Source: Haliotis rubra (Eukaryota). Taken from it: DNA of 64,000 nucleotides. The translations under genes were made by a program, and so were the position numbers. The stretch is taken from positions 186,001 through 250,000 of the forward strand of contig NW_025767427.1 in the NCBI RefSeq assembly GCF_003918875.1, given 5' to 3'. Each line of letters begins with the position of its first letter. The first letter of the stretch is position 1. Under the pieces are notes generated by a model. The model made no database searches. It had not been told where the DNA came from and worked only from the letters and a program-made list of their open reading frames with translations. Below, in pieces: positions 40,685-51,672 of this stretch.

Positions 40685-41400
40685 TGATGTCCCGTTACAA
40701 AAACGTCTCAATCTGGGTCAGCGGTTTCGAAAGCTTCCCGACCATTCTATACTTCGTATCAGATAAGTCACGATTCCTTAAGTTTAGCGACTGAAAACTG
40801 GCTTTTTAATTCGTTTTGGACATTGTCATGGTTTCATTTGCAAAATACGCGGTACATCCCATCGGTTTACACAATTTCCAGATGCCACAAGTCCTTTTAT
40901 CTCTTCCAGTTCGACATTATACGTTTCTGTTTGCGCGAGTCACAGGCAAATTATCTGACATGGCGGCCATTTTTAGTGAAGCGGAGCCTAACCCCGTTAT
41001 GAAAACCTTCATATTTGACTTTACGCATGATTAAAACAACACATCGCATAGTCTCATGGATAAAAAGTACAATCTGCTTTACCGATCCAGATTCTTGATC
41101 TTGTCCAGTATGTTATAATGCTGATTTTGATGCAGTTTTGACACGCATCGCTTCGTTGTCCAAAACAGACTTCAGTAATGTGACCTTGACTGAGAGTTTG
41201 CAGCAATTTGATTGGCTGATTTGTGAATACATTAGTATTGCTGCCAGTCTCTCAGGTGCTTGACGCTGGGTATTCATTGATTAATTAGCCAAGCTACGGA
41301 ATCTGAATTATCCTCTTTAGTATAATAATCGCAGCTCACATCATAAGTATCATATGTGTCTACATAAGTAGCATTGTTAGAGTTTGAATAAATGTGGTAA
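40685..41400 (-). promoter_or_regulatory. Promoter and non-coding exon 1 of ZBTB-like copy B
   Basis: Donor at 41083, CCAAT 41211-41215 and YY1-like 40960-40973 all retained. Confidence 0.6.
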
Positions 41401-43020
41401 ATTACATGCTTGATTGGCATTTTAGAAGATGCTATTTGATGAACAGAGATTTTTCTGGATTACATATTCTTTTTATCTTCAAGAATAGAAAGAACATGTA
41501 ACCCAGAAAAAAATTCTATGTTCATGTGGTAAGTTACGTTTCGGCACTTTTGAGTTACTTTGTATGATTATTTTACTTTCATGTTAAGTGGTTATATTTC
41601 ACCAAATTAGCTGGTTAACTACAACTCGGGCAAATTATCCTCACTTCAGTGTGATTGTTAACGAAAATTGTCAACCTTGGAAATTGTGCTTCTGAAAGGG
41701 GATCATTGCTTGGGGGCTACAGTATATATGTATGTATGTTGAATATGCCTCATTAGCATAATGGTAAACAGTAAAATTCGCCCTCACCTCCATGTTGGGT
41801 TTCTGGCAGATCCTTCAGCAATGGATCGCCATGTCCTCACAGTTTTGTATTAGTTGTTAGATTTTATAAAACTTAACGATGAGCATAACATATTTCATGT
41901 ATGCAGGAATCTGGTACCAGAACAACTATTCTGGTTCTCTGGGTATGCTGTGCTTGCGCTACATTCCCGGCGACCAGACTGGATTTCACCAATTTATCTG
42001 CGACGTATGCCGTTACCTCCTTTCAAAAATGAGTATGAAATTAATCCAACTTTAATTAATCCATCCATTTTGTACATAATAATATTTTTTAAATATAGGA
42101 AGGGTGGGGGTGGATTTGTTTTTGTACACGACATGAGGGGGGTTGTCACTTACTTTGTACATAACCCGTGCTTGTTGCAGAGACCATATTCTATCCCGGT
42201 TGCGTAGGTCGATGTTTATGATGTCAATCACTGAATTGTCTGCTCCAGACTCGATTATATTGCTAGAATATTGCTCAGCGCGGCGTTAAACAACAAATTT
42301 CATGTTTTCTTTGTGCATGCTTTTAATTGTTATGTAATGTGGTCTTGTGGCTATTGACTGAGACAATGCCGATGCACTAGACTCTTTAAGTCCCTGAATA
42401 TAATATTGATAGTATCAAATACACCCATTTAAATTGAAAAGGAGCCCAAGTGAGTTGGGAGATTAAGGCCCTGGGGAAATCTAGACTTGCTTCACAAATT
42501 TATTGCTATAGCATTGCAGGGACGGCTAGGCGGTATAGGGAAAATAATGTGGTTCAGGGACTGTGAGACAGACTAAATTGGCACATACTCATTTGGTTGG
42601 TCGTCCTGTTTCGTCCCATAGATAAAGTAATTACATTCAAAAAGATGTTTAAAATATTTATCTACAAAAACATCAAAATGGAGCCCAAAACAAACTGGAG
42701 CTGATGCAATCTATAGTCTTGCCAAATCAGTAAACTTGAGTAGCACCCCTTTTTAATCTATTATCTGTGTCTGGGAGAAAGACTTCTGTTTTGTCGCAGT
42801 ATCATACACTAAGTACTGATAAATGTTAACTATTTCTCAAAAGTGATCATGCCGTCTTGTGGTGCGCTTAGCGGTCCCATTTTTTTCACGGTCATTATCT
42901 TCATTTATTAATGTGGAACACAATTCCAAGAATGGCTACGCCTATACATGCGTATTTTTAGATATGAGCATAAAACATTCAGCTAAACATTGACCACTTA
43001 CACTTACGGTGTACTTGACA

Positions 43021-43190
43021 CCGAATACACAATAATGCCCTTTAGAAAGTGGATGCCGCGACGGCTGACGATTAGGTGCCTGACTCTGAGAGTGTGGGTT
43101 TGCGTCCGGGATAGGACTCAACCCAACGAAAAGAACTAGAATCTGTACTTTACCTAGAAAGTGTAATCCCAAATATAGCATTACAATATA
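43021..43190 (+). mobile_element. Degenerate tRNA-related short element inserted at the hammerhead 5' core
   Basis: TSD tacttgaca (43012-43020, 43191-43199); homologous to 61110-61340. Confidence 0.6.
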
Positions 43191-43232
43191 TACTTGACAA
43201 CGGTAAAAGAATCTATACCGAAACGTCGCATC
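43191..43232 (+). ncRNA. Penelope-type minimal type I hammerhead ribozyme motif, U3-A8 variant, core intact
   Basis: TTGACAA-C-GGTA..TACC-GAAAC-GTC-GCA; palindromic ACGT stem III; stem I imperfect. Confidence 0.6.
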
Positions 43233-43287
43233 ATATGTAAAGGCGCTCTCAACTATAAAGTATTTTGCCTTTATACTTCTGCAAGAG

Positions 43288-43643
43288 GACCGCCTCCGTG
43301 GTGTAGTAGTTAGAGCGTCTGCCCGGAGAGCAGAAGGTTGCGGGTTCGATCCCCGACCGCTTCATACCAAAAGACGTTAAAATATGGTATTTGTTGGTCC
43401 CTGCCTGGCGCTCGGCATTAATGGGTACAACAAGGACTGGTCGGCTCGGAGTCAGTATAATGTGTCTGAGTGGGGTATTCATGCTTCACTGCGGCATGGT
43501 ATCTCAGTGGGCTAGCACTATAAAACCAGCTTCAGTCTGGGCTAGTACAAGCAGCCGCACATACACATACACACGCATGCACGTCGTCATATGAGCGAAA
43601 TATTCCCAAGCACGACGTTAAACCCAATTTCACCTCACCTCAC
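43288..43643 (+). mobile_element. V-SINE (RUDI-like), full length
   Basis: tRNA head, V-domain-like body, (CACCT)n tail; TSD acttctgcaaga. Confidence 0.9.
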
Positions 43644-44127
43644 TTCTGCAAGATCTTAGCTTCTCGTGTTACTGATAATCGTAAAAACATGATTAATAGC
43701 TTCTTAGAATACGGAAAGGGATTCACGAATGCAGTCATATCTTAAAAAGCACTACCTAATGGAGTTCAGTTCTAATGGTTCAGTGATCCATGACAAATCC
43801 TGAATACTTTTAACTCTGCATCACACCTGACCAACACATTTAAGCTGATAAGCTTAATAGCCTCAACAGCTAGTCCTTTATAACGGGGTGAACATAGACA
43901 ACAGCAAAGCCATAGGTATGGCACCTGTGGAACGGTAACCTCCCAGCTGCCAGACAGCTGAGGCCACCTCTTTTTACCTTTCACTAAAGTAAAATAGACG
44001 ATAAAACACACATTTACAGGATAGGTTTATAATGCACATCTAATCACCAAGCTACACAAAATAGACCATATATTTTAAAGTATTTAGAGGATATGTTTCG
44101 TCACATCACTGCAAGGCCACACTTTAA

Positions 44128-45178
44128 AGGTCACATGCAACGTAAAACACAACTTTGCAGATTCTGATACCTTTCGGTATGGACTTACCGAAACAAATCA
44201 TCAAAAATGCAAATTCAACTTATAAAGTTGAAAAATAACGCGATGAAGAAAAAACGCGCGAAATCGGAGTTCAAACGATTCACTAATTTTCCTCCGACTT
44301 TTCGGGGGAAAACTTGTTTCAACAGCTGGGCTGCGCTCATAAGCATGTGCGCAGTGAAATAGGTTCGCGCAACTTGGAAGCGGGCTGTCCGGTGAATACT
44401 CGGTGAAGGTTTTGGTGTGAGCTATTTTCCTAGGCGCGAGCTTTTTATATGTTATGACAGTAAATAAACTGTTTATATAATTTCATTTCTCTGTTTCACC
44501 ACACGTTCTTCTTACCGAGTCACTTTCTCAGTTCGATACTTAAAAGCAATGTCATTATTTAGCGTTGACAGAATTTCTAACTGTGATATAGATATGTCGT
44601 TGTCACAGACAAAACTCAATGTCTTGTTTTATTGACACCTGTGTGTCTGCCTGCCTGTCTGCTAATGACAATATTCAATACACAACTTCGATCACTGACC
44701 ACATGCAATTTGAACTTAATACCAATCAGGCTATACACCATAAACAAAACGCATTGATTTATGGCCCGAGTTCGGTCTCTGTCACATTATGTAATTACAC
44801 AGACAGGCAGGTGTGATACTTGAACACATGACATGTTATGATGTCTATTGATTGCAAAATGTTATACACAAAAAATGAGCATGTATTTACAAAACCCAAG
44901 ATCTCTATATATACACACACAATGAGCCGTGCGGGCATCTGCAAATGAACCAGCCGTTACACTGGAGTGCACACCCACCCGCTCTGACTGGGTTCGGTAT
45001 CCTGGCTGCTTCGTTTCTTGGGAAGTAAACCCAAGTACACAATATTGCACTTTTGATTTGCGATTGTACGCTTATAATTTTGTTTATGTTTTTTCATAAC
45101 CAGCAATGTATATTATATGTCATGAATAAGTGATAATTGTGTTTTAATTATGTTTGATTTTTTGGTTGCATGTGACCT
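44128..45178. mobile_element. Kolobok-type non-autonomous DNA transposon
   Basis: TTAA TSD; TIR AGGTCACATGCAAC; absent from copy A. Confidence 0.85.
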
Positions 45179-45388
45179 TTAAGCTTCTTCTCATTCCAGT
45201 TGACAAGCGTGACAGGAGTCGGATATCCAGGTGGATCGCAGAGGGCCGTAACGCCTTTCAGAAAGTCCCCAACAGTGGACCAATTCTCTCGGTTTTGATC
45301 ATAATTTCCTCTTGTCTGGCCTCTAGTTTGATAGAGTAGGTGAACCCATCAAGGTATACTTCAAGGACTTCGTGCTATATAGTACACG

Positions 45389-45540
45389 TGAGTGAGTTTA
45401 GCTTTACGTCGCTTTTTAATAGCAATATTCCAGCAAAATCTTGGCGGGGGACGCCAGAAATAGGCTTCACACCTATGTGGGGAATCGAATTCGGGTCTTC
45501 GGCGTAACGAGCGAACGCTTTTGCCACTATGTAACACCGC
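45389..45540 (-). mobile_element. tRNA-derived SINE, family 1
   Basis: Matches the family 1 pattern. Confidence 0.8.
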
Positions 45541-45731
45541 CGAAGCGTAGCACAAAATGTTTTTGAGAAGTTTAAAGGGAAGCAAAATTCCAAGTTTGAA
45601 AACATCGAAAAATGGATCGGTTACTTCTTCGCGGAATACGAAATTGCTTACTATGGGCTATACTATCGACAGAGAGAAACTGTCTATGGAAAATATCATG
45701 ATTACAACCAAACGAGTAACCTTGTTTGAGG

Positions 45732-45889
45732 CACGGGGGCTTGTAACGCTAAAAACTGACATCAAGGTATGAATGTACTGTCACTAACGGGGTCTGACTA
45801 CTATATAGAAGGATCCTTATATAGTGCTCATACCTGGTTAGTGACAGTAGATACCTTGACGGCAGTTTTTAGCGTTACAAGCCCCTGTG
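45732..45889. mobile_element. MITE with 8-bp TSD (P- or hAT-like)
   Basis: ~38-bp TIR CAC(A/G)GGGGCTTGTAACGCTAAAAACTG; TSD gtttgagg. Confidence 0.85.
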
Positions 45890-46457
45890 GTTTGAGGAAG
45901 ATATCCGTCAATATCCACACACAGGAACAACATCCGATACATCTAAATCTGTACAAAGAAAGTTGTTCATGTAAAATTATGTATAAAGCCTTTCGGGATA
46001 TTTTAAGCACTGTTCGCCTTTCCACCCGTGTTCGCTTTGTGTGTAAACGTCAGAGGTGTCATGTCTCAAGAGATAGCTTGGTTGGTTTGTTGTTGAACGC
46101 CGCACTCAGCAATATTCCAGTTATATGGCGGCGGTCAAGTGATAGCACATGTGACATCTATATTCATGATAAACCGCTGATTGTTGTACATCCTTGACAC
46201 ATTCAGGGACAGGTGTTAATTTTGTAGAGTTATTTTGAATTGTCCAGTACGCTGTCACCACTATAATTGGTACTTGTAATAAAGTGATTTACTGATCGTC
46301 AAATGAATGACGACAAATACACAAGTGTAGTGCTTACACAATAAAACATGGGTGACAAAGGTGACGAGTAAGTCAGTGTTGTATTCTTCGCCTGAAATAG
46401 TAAGAGTCGTCGCTGTTTTGAGAAGATTAACTGAACTTCATTGTTGCGAAAATCATA

Positions 46458-46461
<4 letters not shown>

Positions 46462-46499
<38 letters not shown>

Positions 46500-46503
46500 T
46501 ACA
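46462..46503. repeat. (CA)n microsatellite
   Basis: Seen directly. Confidence 0.95.
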
Positions 46504-46953
46504 TGTTTACTGAGCTACATAACTGTACACACACTACACGAATGTGCAAGGTGAAAGGTTTTCATAAGCATAATCCGGCCAAATATTAGAATTCAAGGGA
46601 TTCCATTGGTTTTCAACGAGATTCTCTACCTTGTTGGACCGAAACCCAGTTTGTTGGGTGGCAGACGCTAATTGGCATACGGTGCTTAAAAAGTTGCTAG
46701 TTTCGTTTTCAATTGATCTATTTAACGTGTTCATGTTCTACATACTATTGTATTCAATGAGAATAATTCTAATCTCGGCGGTTTAAAGGTATTTGTTAAT
46801 CTTCATTGAGTTATCTATATCACTGCAAACAAAATTCTAAATCTTGGCTGACACTAGAGACCGAACACAGATCAAAGGCAGAAGATCGCTTGCTTACGCG
46901 GATTTCATTGGGTCGTGTCCGTATTTTATTTCGAGTAAGGGACACAACTCGTT

Positions 46954-46963
46954 GACTTCCGGT
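46954..46963. promoter_or_regulatory. ETS-type site (ACTTCCGG) upstream of the THAP ATG
   Basis: Consensus match ~65 bp upstream of ATG 47028 in a CpG-richer patch. Confidence 0.4.
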
Positions 46964-47027
46964 CCAAGCCCAAAGCCAGTACGTGTTGTATGCCTCAGAA
47001 AGGACAGGTGTATTCTTGACTCGCAAC

Positions 47028-47527
47028 ATGGTGCACAAAACCTGTGGTTACGGCGATTGTAGAAGCGATAGCCGAAAAGAAAATTTAGACAATGTGACTT
47101 TTATTTCTTTTCCAAGAGACACTGGCATAAACCACGAAAAATGCCTCCGATGGATAAAGTTATCTGGGCGGGTTGATCTGACACCCGAGCGGGTTAACAG
47201 ATACACATATGTCTGCTCTAAACATTTCGTCGGTGGCAATGGTCCAACTGACGAACATCCAGACCCAGTTCAGTTTCCAGGCAAAATATCAAGAATACCC
47301 AGAGGTATCCACGGAAACATGCGGGTAGCACCGCACCAAGTGATTCAAAAGCCAGCCAAGAAGCAAAAGACATTCACGGAAACATCTGCAGCTCAACTAA
47401 AACATGTAGATGTACAGAGTACAAATTACATGTACTTCAGTCAAGTAAAGGAAGAGCCAGGCTACTCAGATTTTACCATGGCACAAGTGGGCGGTGATGC
47501 AGCCAGGAATCAGACTAAGTCAATCAA
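47028..47527 (+). CDS. THAP zinc-finger exon (exon 1 of putative THAP-BTB gene; donor position uncertain)
   Basis: MVHKTC-x4-C..FP..W..VCSKHF..P C2CH signature at the N-terminus; phase-2 donor candidates AA|GTCAGT (47527) or TG|GTGATA (47545); unspliced ORF stops at 47549. Confidence 0.8.
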
Positions 47528-48180
47528 GTCAGTCGTACACCAGTGGTGATAACGTAGGCGGTAAAATGAAGCCATAAAATTATGCCAATAGTGGATGTCC
47601 TGTCCTGGCAACAGTGCAGTTGCATGGATGCAGCCCATACAGTATTTATTACTTTGATCAGGCTGTTTGCTCTCAGTTTCCGTATATCCTGTGCCAATTA
47701 GATCCTTAGGGACCGTTCATAATTCATGGCTAGGGGGTAGTTCATATGAATAAACTCGTATTCCAGCCAAGGCCTACATCAACCTTGGTATAGTGCAAAG
47801 TCGTCTAGGTATATGCTAGACTAGGCTAGGGGGGTGATGATGATTTTTATGGAAAAGCATGTACATGTGAATGACACGCACACAGAGAATAATCTACCCT
47901 TGGTAATTTGGTATTTGTTTGTGAAAGGGCCTGTGATCTGATGATTAAACTCATTGCCTTAGTTCCAACTGGCAACATGAGCTTAAGCCTACACATAGCT
48001 AACTGAAGTCTGAAAATGTGGGTACGGTGCTCTTCTCTCCTTACATGCCTTAGCTTAACCCAATTTTGTTTGGGGAGATGCAAGTTAAGTAGATCCACTC
48101 CAAGAAGCCTTGTTGACTTACAACCTGATTCAATACATCTGTTTTCAGTAAATAGTTCATGTTAACGTTTTAATATTCAG

Positions 48181-48346
48181 GTTCTTGGTGAAAGAATGGG
48201 GGAGTTTTGTGGAGCCTGACTGTGGCCTGACATCTGGGTATGTTGACGACAATCACTCAAATGATGTCATTAAGCAGATGTTCAACATGTGGAAGGAACA
48301 GAAGATGTGTGATGCAGCGTTCATCGTACAGGGAATGAAAGTTCCA
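48181..48346 (+). CDS. BTB domain N-half exon (..HSNDVIKQMFNMWKEQKMCDAAFIVQGMKVP)
   Basis: TTCAG| acceptor, |GTGAGT donor, open frame; not in the ORF track. Confidence 0.85.
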
Positions 48347-48543
48347 GTGAGTAAATAAATCTTGAGTGTGTTTATTATAGAATATAAACAGAATTATATA
48401 CATAAAAGTTGTGCTTTGCTGATTCAGTAATTTCAACATAATATTTGACACAATGTTTGACTGTACATGATACATTTTGTATCCTGATCTTTTTTTTCTA
48501 AGTGTCTTCAGTCTGGAAATTATTTTGTATAAATGTGTTGCAG

Positions 48544-49489
48544 TTTCATCGCCCTTATGATGTCAGCATGCAGCTCCCCATATGAAGACAGTGTTGGACA
48601 GAGAGGACCTGTCATCCAGCTTAGACATCCACATGCCTGACTCAGTCTCCATAGAAGCAATGTACTGCTTCCTGCACTACATCTACACGGCTCCCTCAGC
48701 CTCACCATCAACACTGCACAGGCGGTCCTGAAGATAGCCACTATCCTCCAGGTGATCAAAGTACAGCAACACTGTAAACAGTTCATAGAGAACATTGCAG
48801 GCAAGCTGGGTCTCAACCCAACCCTCACTCAGTCGGTCAGGTTTACTGTGTCAAGGGAAGAAGAAACCGTTACAGGACGATCAGGGGATAGAAGGACCAT
48901 TGTCATTCCTGATCCTAGTGCTTTTGAACCTGATGGAGACCTTCCAAGAACCTTTGGTCCCAAATCTGCAAGAGTCTCTTCAGACACTCAGTGTGATACT
49001 AGAGATAGGCCTTCTAGTTCAAGCAATGTTGGAAGTTCCAGCATGACAGATTGTGTCATGAATACTGCAAAGAGTGACATGAAATCTTATGATACCAGTT
49101 TGTCAACATGTGTGAACGACAAGGCTTCATTTCCTGCTAAGATGATCTCACAGAGGAACTGCAATGGTTCTAACTTTGCCATGTCTAGTGGTTGTCAGTT
49201 CAGTAACCTTGAGCAAACAGTCCCAAACCGTCATTCCTCAGCTGAGTTCTGTCAGCCTGAGAGTAACCATAGCAACACAGGTAGCTCCATCTACAATGGG
49301 CAGTGGTCAAGTAAGGTGACCAATTCTGGGACTCAGGGAAGCTCATGTGTGGAAGATGGGGAAGAAAATATGGTTAGTTCTGATACAGAACCGTTTATAA
49401 AGCAGGAGCCATGTCAAGACAGTGATTTTGAGCCTTATGTATTCTTTGAGGAGCAGCAGCCTTTATCCTTTCAGAACACACAGACTTAG
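48544..49489 (+). CDS. BTB C-half plus S-rich tail, terminal exon; three 1-bp indels in C/G runs
   Basis: Corrected read FHRLMMSACS..MKTVL..FLHYIYTGSLSL..VLKIATILQVIKVQQHCKQFI; IKQEP motif; TAG ending at 49489. Confidence 0.8.
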
Positions 49490-50545
49490 AATTACATGAA
49501 CTGGAAATGATTTGTCTTTGAAATCATGTGCACAAACTCAAAGAATGTTAAAATAAATATTTCTAATTTTCTTGTGGGCATTGTTTTTTATTTCCTATCT
49601 GCAATGTATACTTCAGTGTATATGATATATGAACACAAACAGGTTTTATTTCACTATTTATCTGGTTGCTGTTTTTCCTTTAAGAAAATGCGTTGCTGAT
49701 TTTCGTTTCAAAGTTAACGTTTTTGTAAAAATGTGTTGCCGTCTTCATGTACGGTTTTTCGTGTTATTAAGATTTAAAGTTCCTTGTATAAAAGTCTAAA
49801 GGCACAGATAAAGTTCTTCAAACTTAAAAACCATACTTTGTTTCAGTTTACTTTCACACAAGTCGTCTGCACAAGCAAATGTATCTTTTTCTATTCTGGA
49901 CCTGTCTTCTTTTGTTAACCCAAAGCTTTATTCAAGGGGAGAGAGACATCTTATCTGAGCAAAGGTGTTCGAGACATCAGACTAAAATCTGCAGACATTG
50001 TTTCAGTAGAATTCATTCAAAGGGGTTGGGAAGAGAATGATGATGACAAAGACAGATTTTGCATTTCTCTTCTTTAACGCAGTACTTTGTAAAATAATGG
50101 TAATCTTAAAACAATTGGGTCAAACAAGTTTCCAGTGATTGACAATATGAGCAGGGATCTACGTAATTCAAATAAAATACAAAACACGACTTAGCCTCTA
50201 TTAGAAACCCCTATGGAAACACGAGCAGAGTTATCTCCCCTAAATGTTCTCCGGTTTATCAGAAACATTACCATCGGATAGACATTTCTTGCTTCATATT
50301 TGCCAACATTAACTTTGATTGTATACTTTCTTATGTCTGGTAGCTTACGATCATACATGGCATAATGTTACTTCGACTAATGGGTATACGCATACGTTTT
50401 AACACACTCACTTGTGGTCGTCAATTAAATACTCTGTTGGGATAAACAAGAAGAAGTACTCTTGGGTTACTCAATACGTATTTAGAATAATGGTCCACTT
50501 TAATATATAACAGAAGAGATACTAGGCCACATCCGAAAACTTAAA

Positions 50546-50695
50546 GGGGCGGTGGGGTAACCTTGTGGTTAAAGCGTTCGCTCGTCACGCCAAAGGTCCG
50601 GCTTGATTCCCCACATGGGTACAATGTGTGAAGCCCATCTCTGGTGTCCCCTTTCGTGATATTGCTGGAATATTGCTAAAACAAATTCACTCACT
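50546..50695 (+). mobile_element. tRNA-derived SINE, family 1
   Basis: TSD tccgaaa(a/g)cttaaa. Confidence 0.88.
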
Positions 50696-50714
50696 CCGAA
50701 AGCTTAAATTACTC

Positions 50715-50940
50715 CCTCAGGTTAGAAAAGGTCTTCAGCAACCCGTGCGTGTTGTAAGAGGCGACTAACGGGATCGGGTGGTCAGGCTCGCTGACTAGGC
50801 TGACACATATGTCATCTTATCCAGCGTAGTTCGATGCTCATGCTGTTGTTCACTGGGTTGTCTGGTCCAGACTCTATTATTTACAGACCGCTGCCGTAGC
50901 TGGAATATTGCTGAGTGCGGCACAAACAACAAAACAAACG
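50715..50940 (+). mobile_element. SINE-like element, family 2
   Basis: Matches family 2. Confidence 0.85.
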
Positions 50941-51409
50941 AATTACGCGCTGACCACGTAAATCCAAGGACATGCAGACCATATGTAACCGAATCAGCTT
51001 GTTCGGCATGAGGTTTTCAATTCACCTTTCCAATCCTATCGTGTACCCATTGAAAGAACAGGCGTATAACGCTTGACATTTGTTGAACTAATGGACCAAA
51101 TGCCACATGTGGTATTCATTTACAGTACAGTTTATTGTATCTAAAATGGGGACTGACTGGGCATCCATGAGACACACGGCGTAATTAAATTCGAAAAGTG
51201 CTTAAAATGTATCGATGGACGGCCATGAAATACATAAATGTAGATGCGTGGGTTTAGTTTTGCGCCGTACATTGTACACGTGGGGAATCGAACGCGGGAC
51301 TTCGGCGTGACGAGTAAACGCATTAACCACTATATACTGTAGGCTACCCCACCGCCCCGAAATAGATGATCGATATCAAATTGCTTACTTAACAAACAAG
51401 TTTCTTTTC

Positions 51410-51540
51410 TTGCTTGACAACGGTACTGATCAGTACAGGAATCTGTACCGAAACGTCTAAAATGACTTGTTATCTATACTGCAGGTTGTCTAATACTGTA
51501 CTGTACTTCCCAACTTCTAAAATGCCACTCAAAGAAGAAG
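51410..51540 (+). mobile_element. Penelope-like fragment with U3-A8 hammerhead motif (51411-51457)
   Basis: TGC-TTGACAA-C-GGTAC..GTACC-GAAAC-GTC; tail shared with 25301-25327. Confidence 0.6.
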
Positions 51541-51672
51541 GTTCTTTTCTACATAAAATTACGAACTTTGCACAATGTTTCAAAGTAATAGGGTTACCTT
51601 TCCTTTGTAAATATATTATGGAATTGTAATGTGTAAGATAAATGCACTTTTCCCTAGTGGGACTGATGGCAC

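Larger units (their letters stand above)
24022..45195. repeat. Segmental duplication, copy B
   Basis: Colinear with 2298-22850. Confidence 0.9.
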
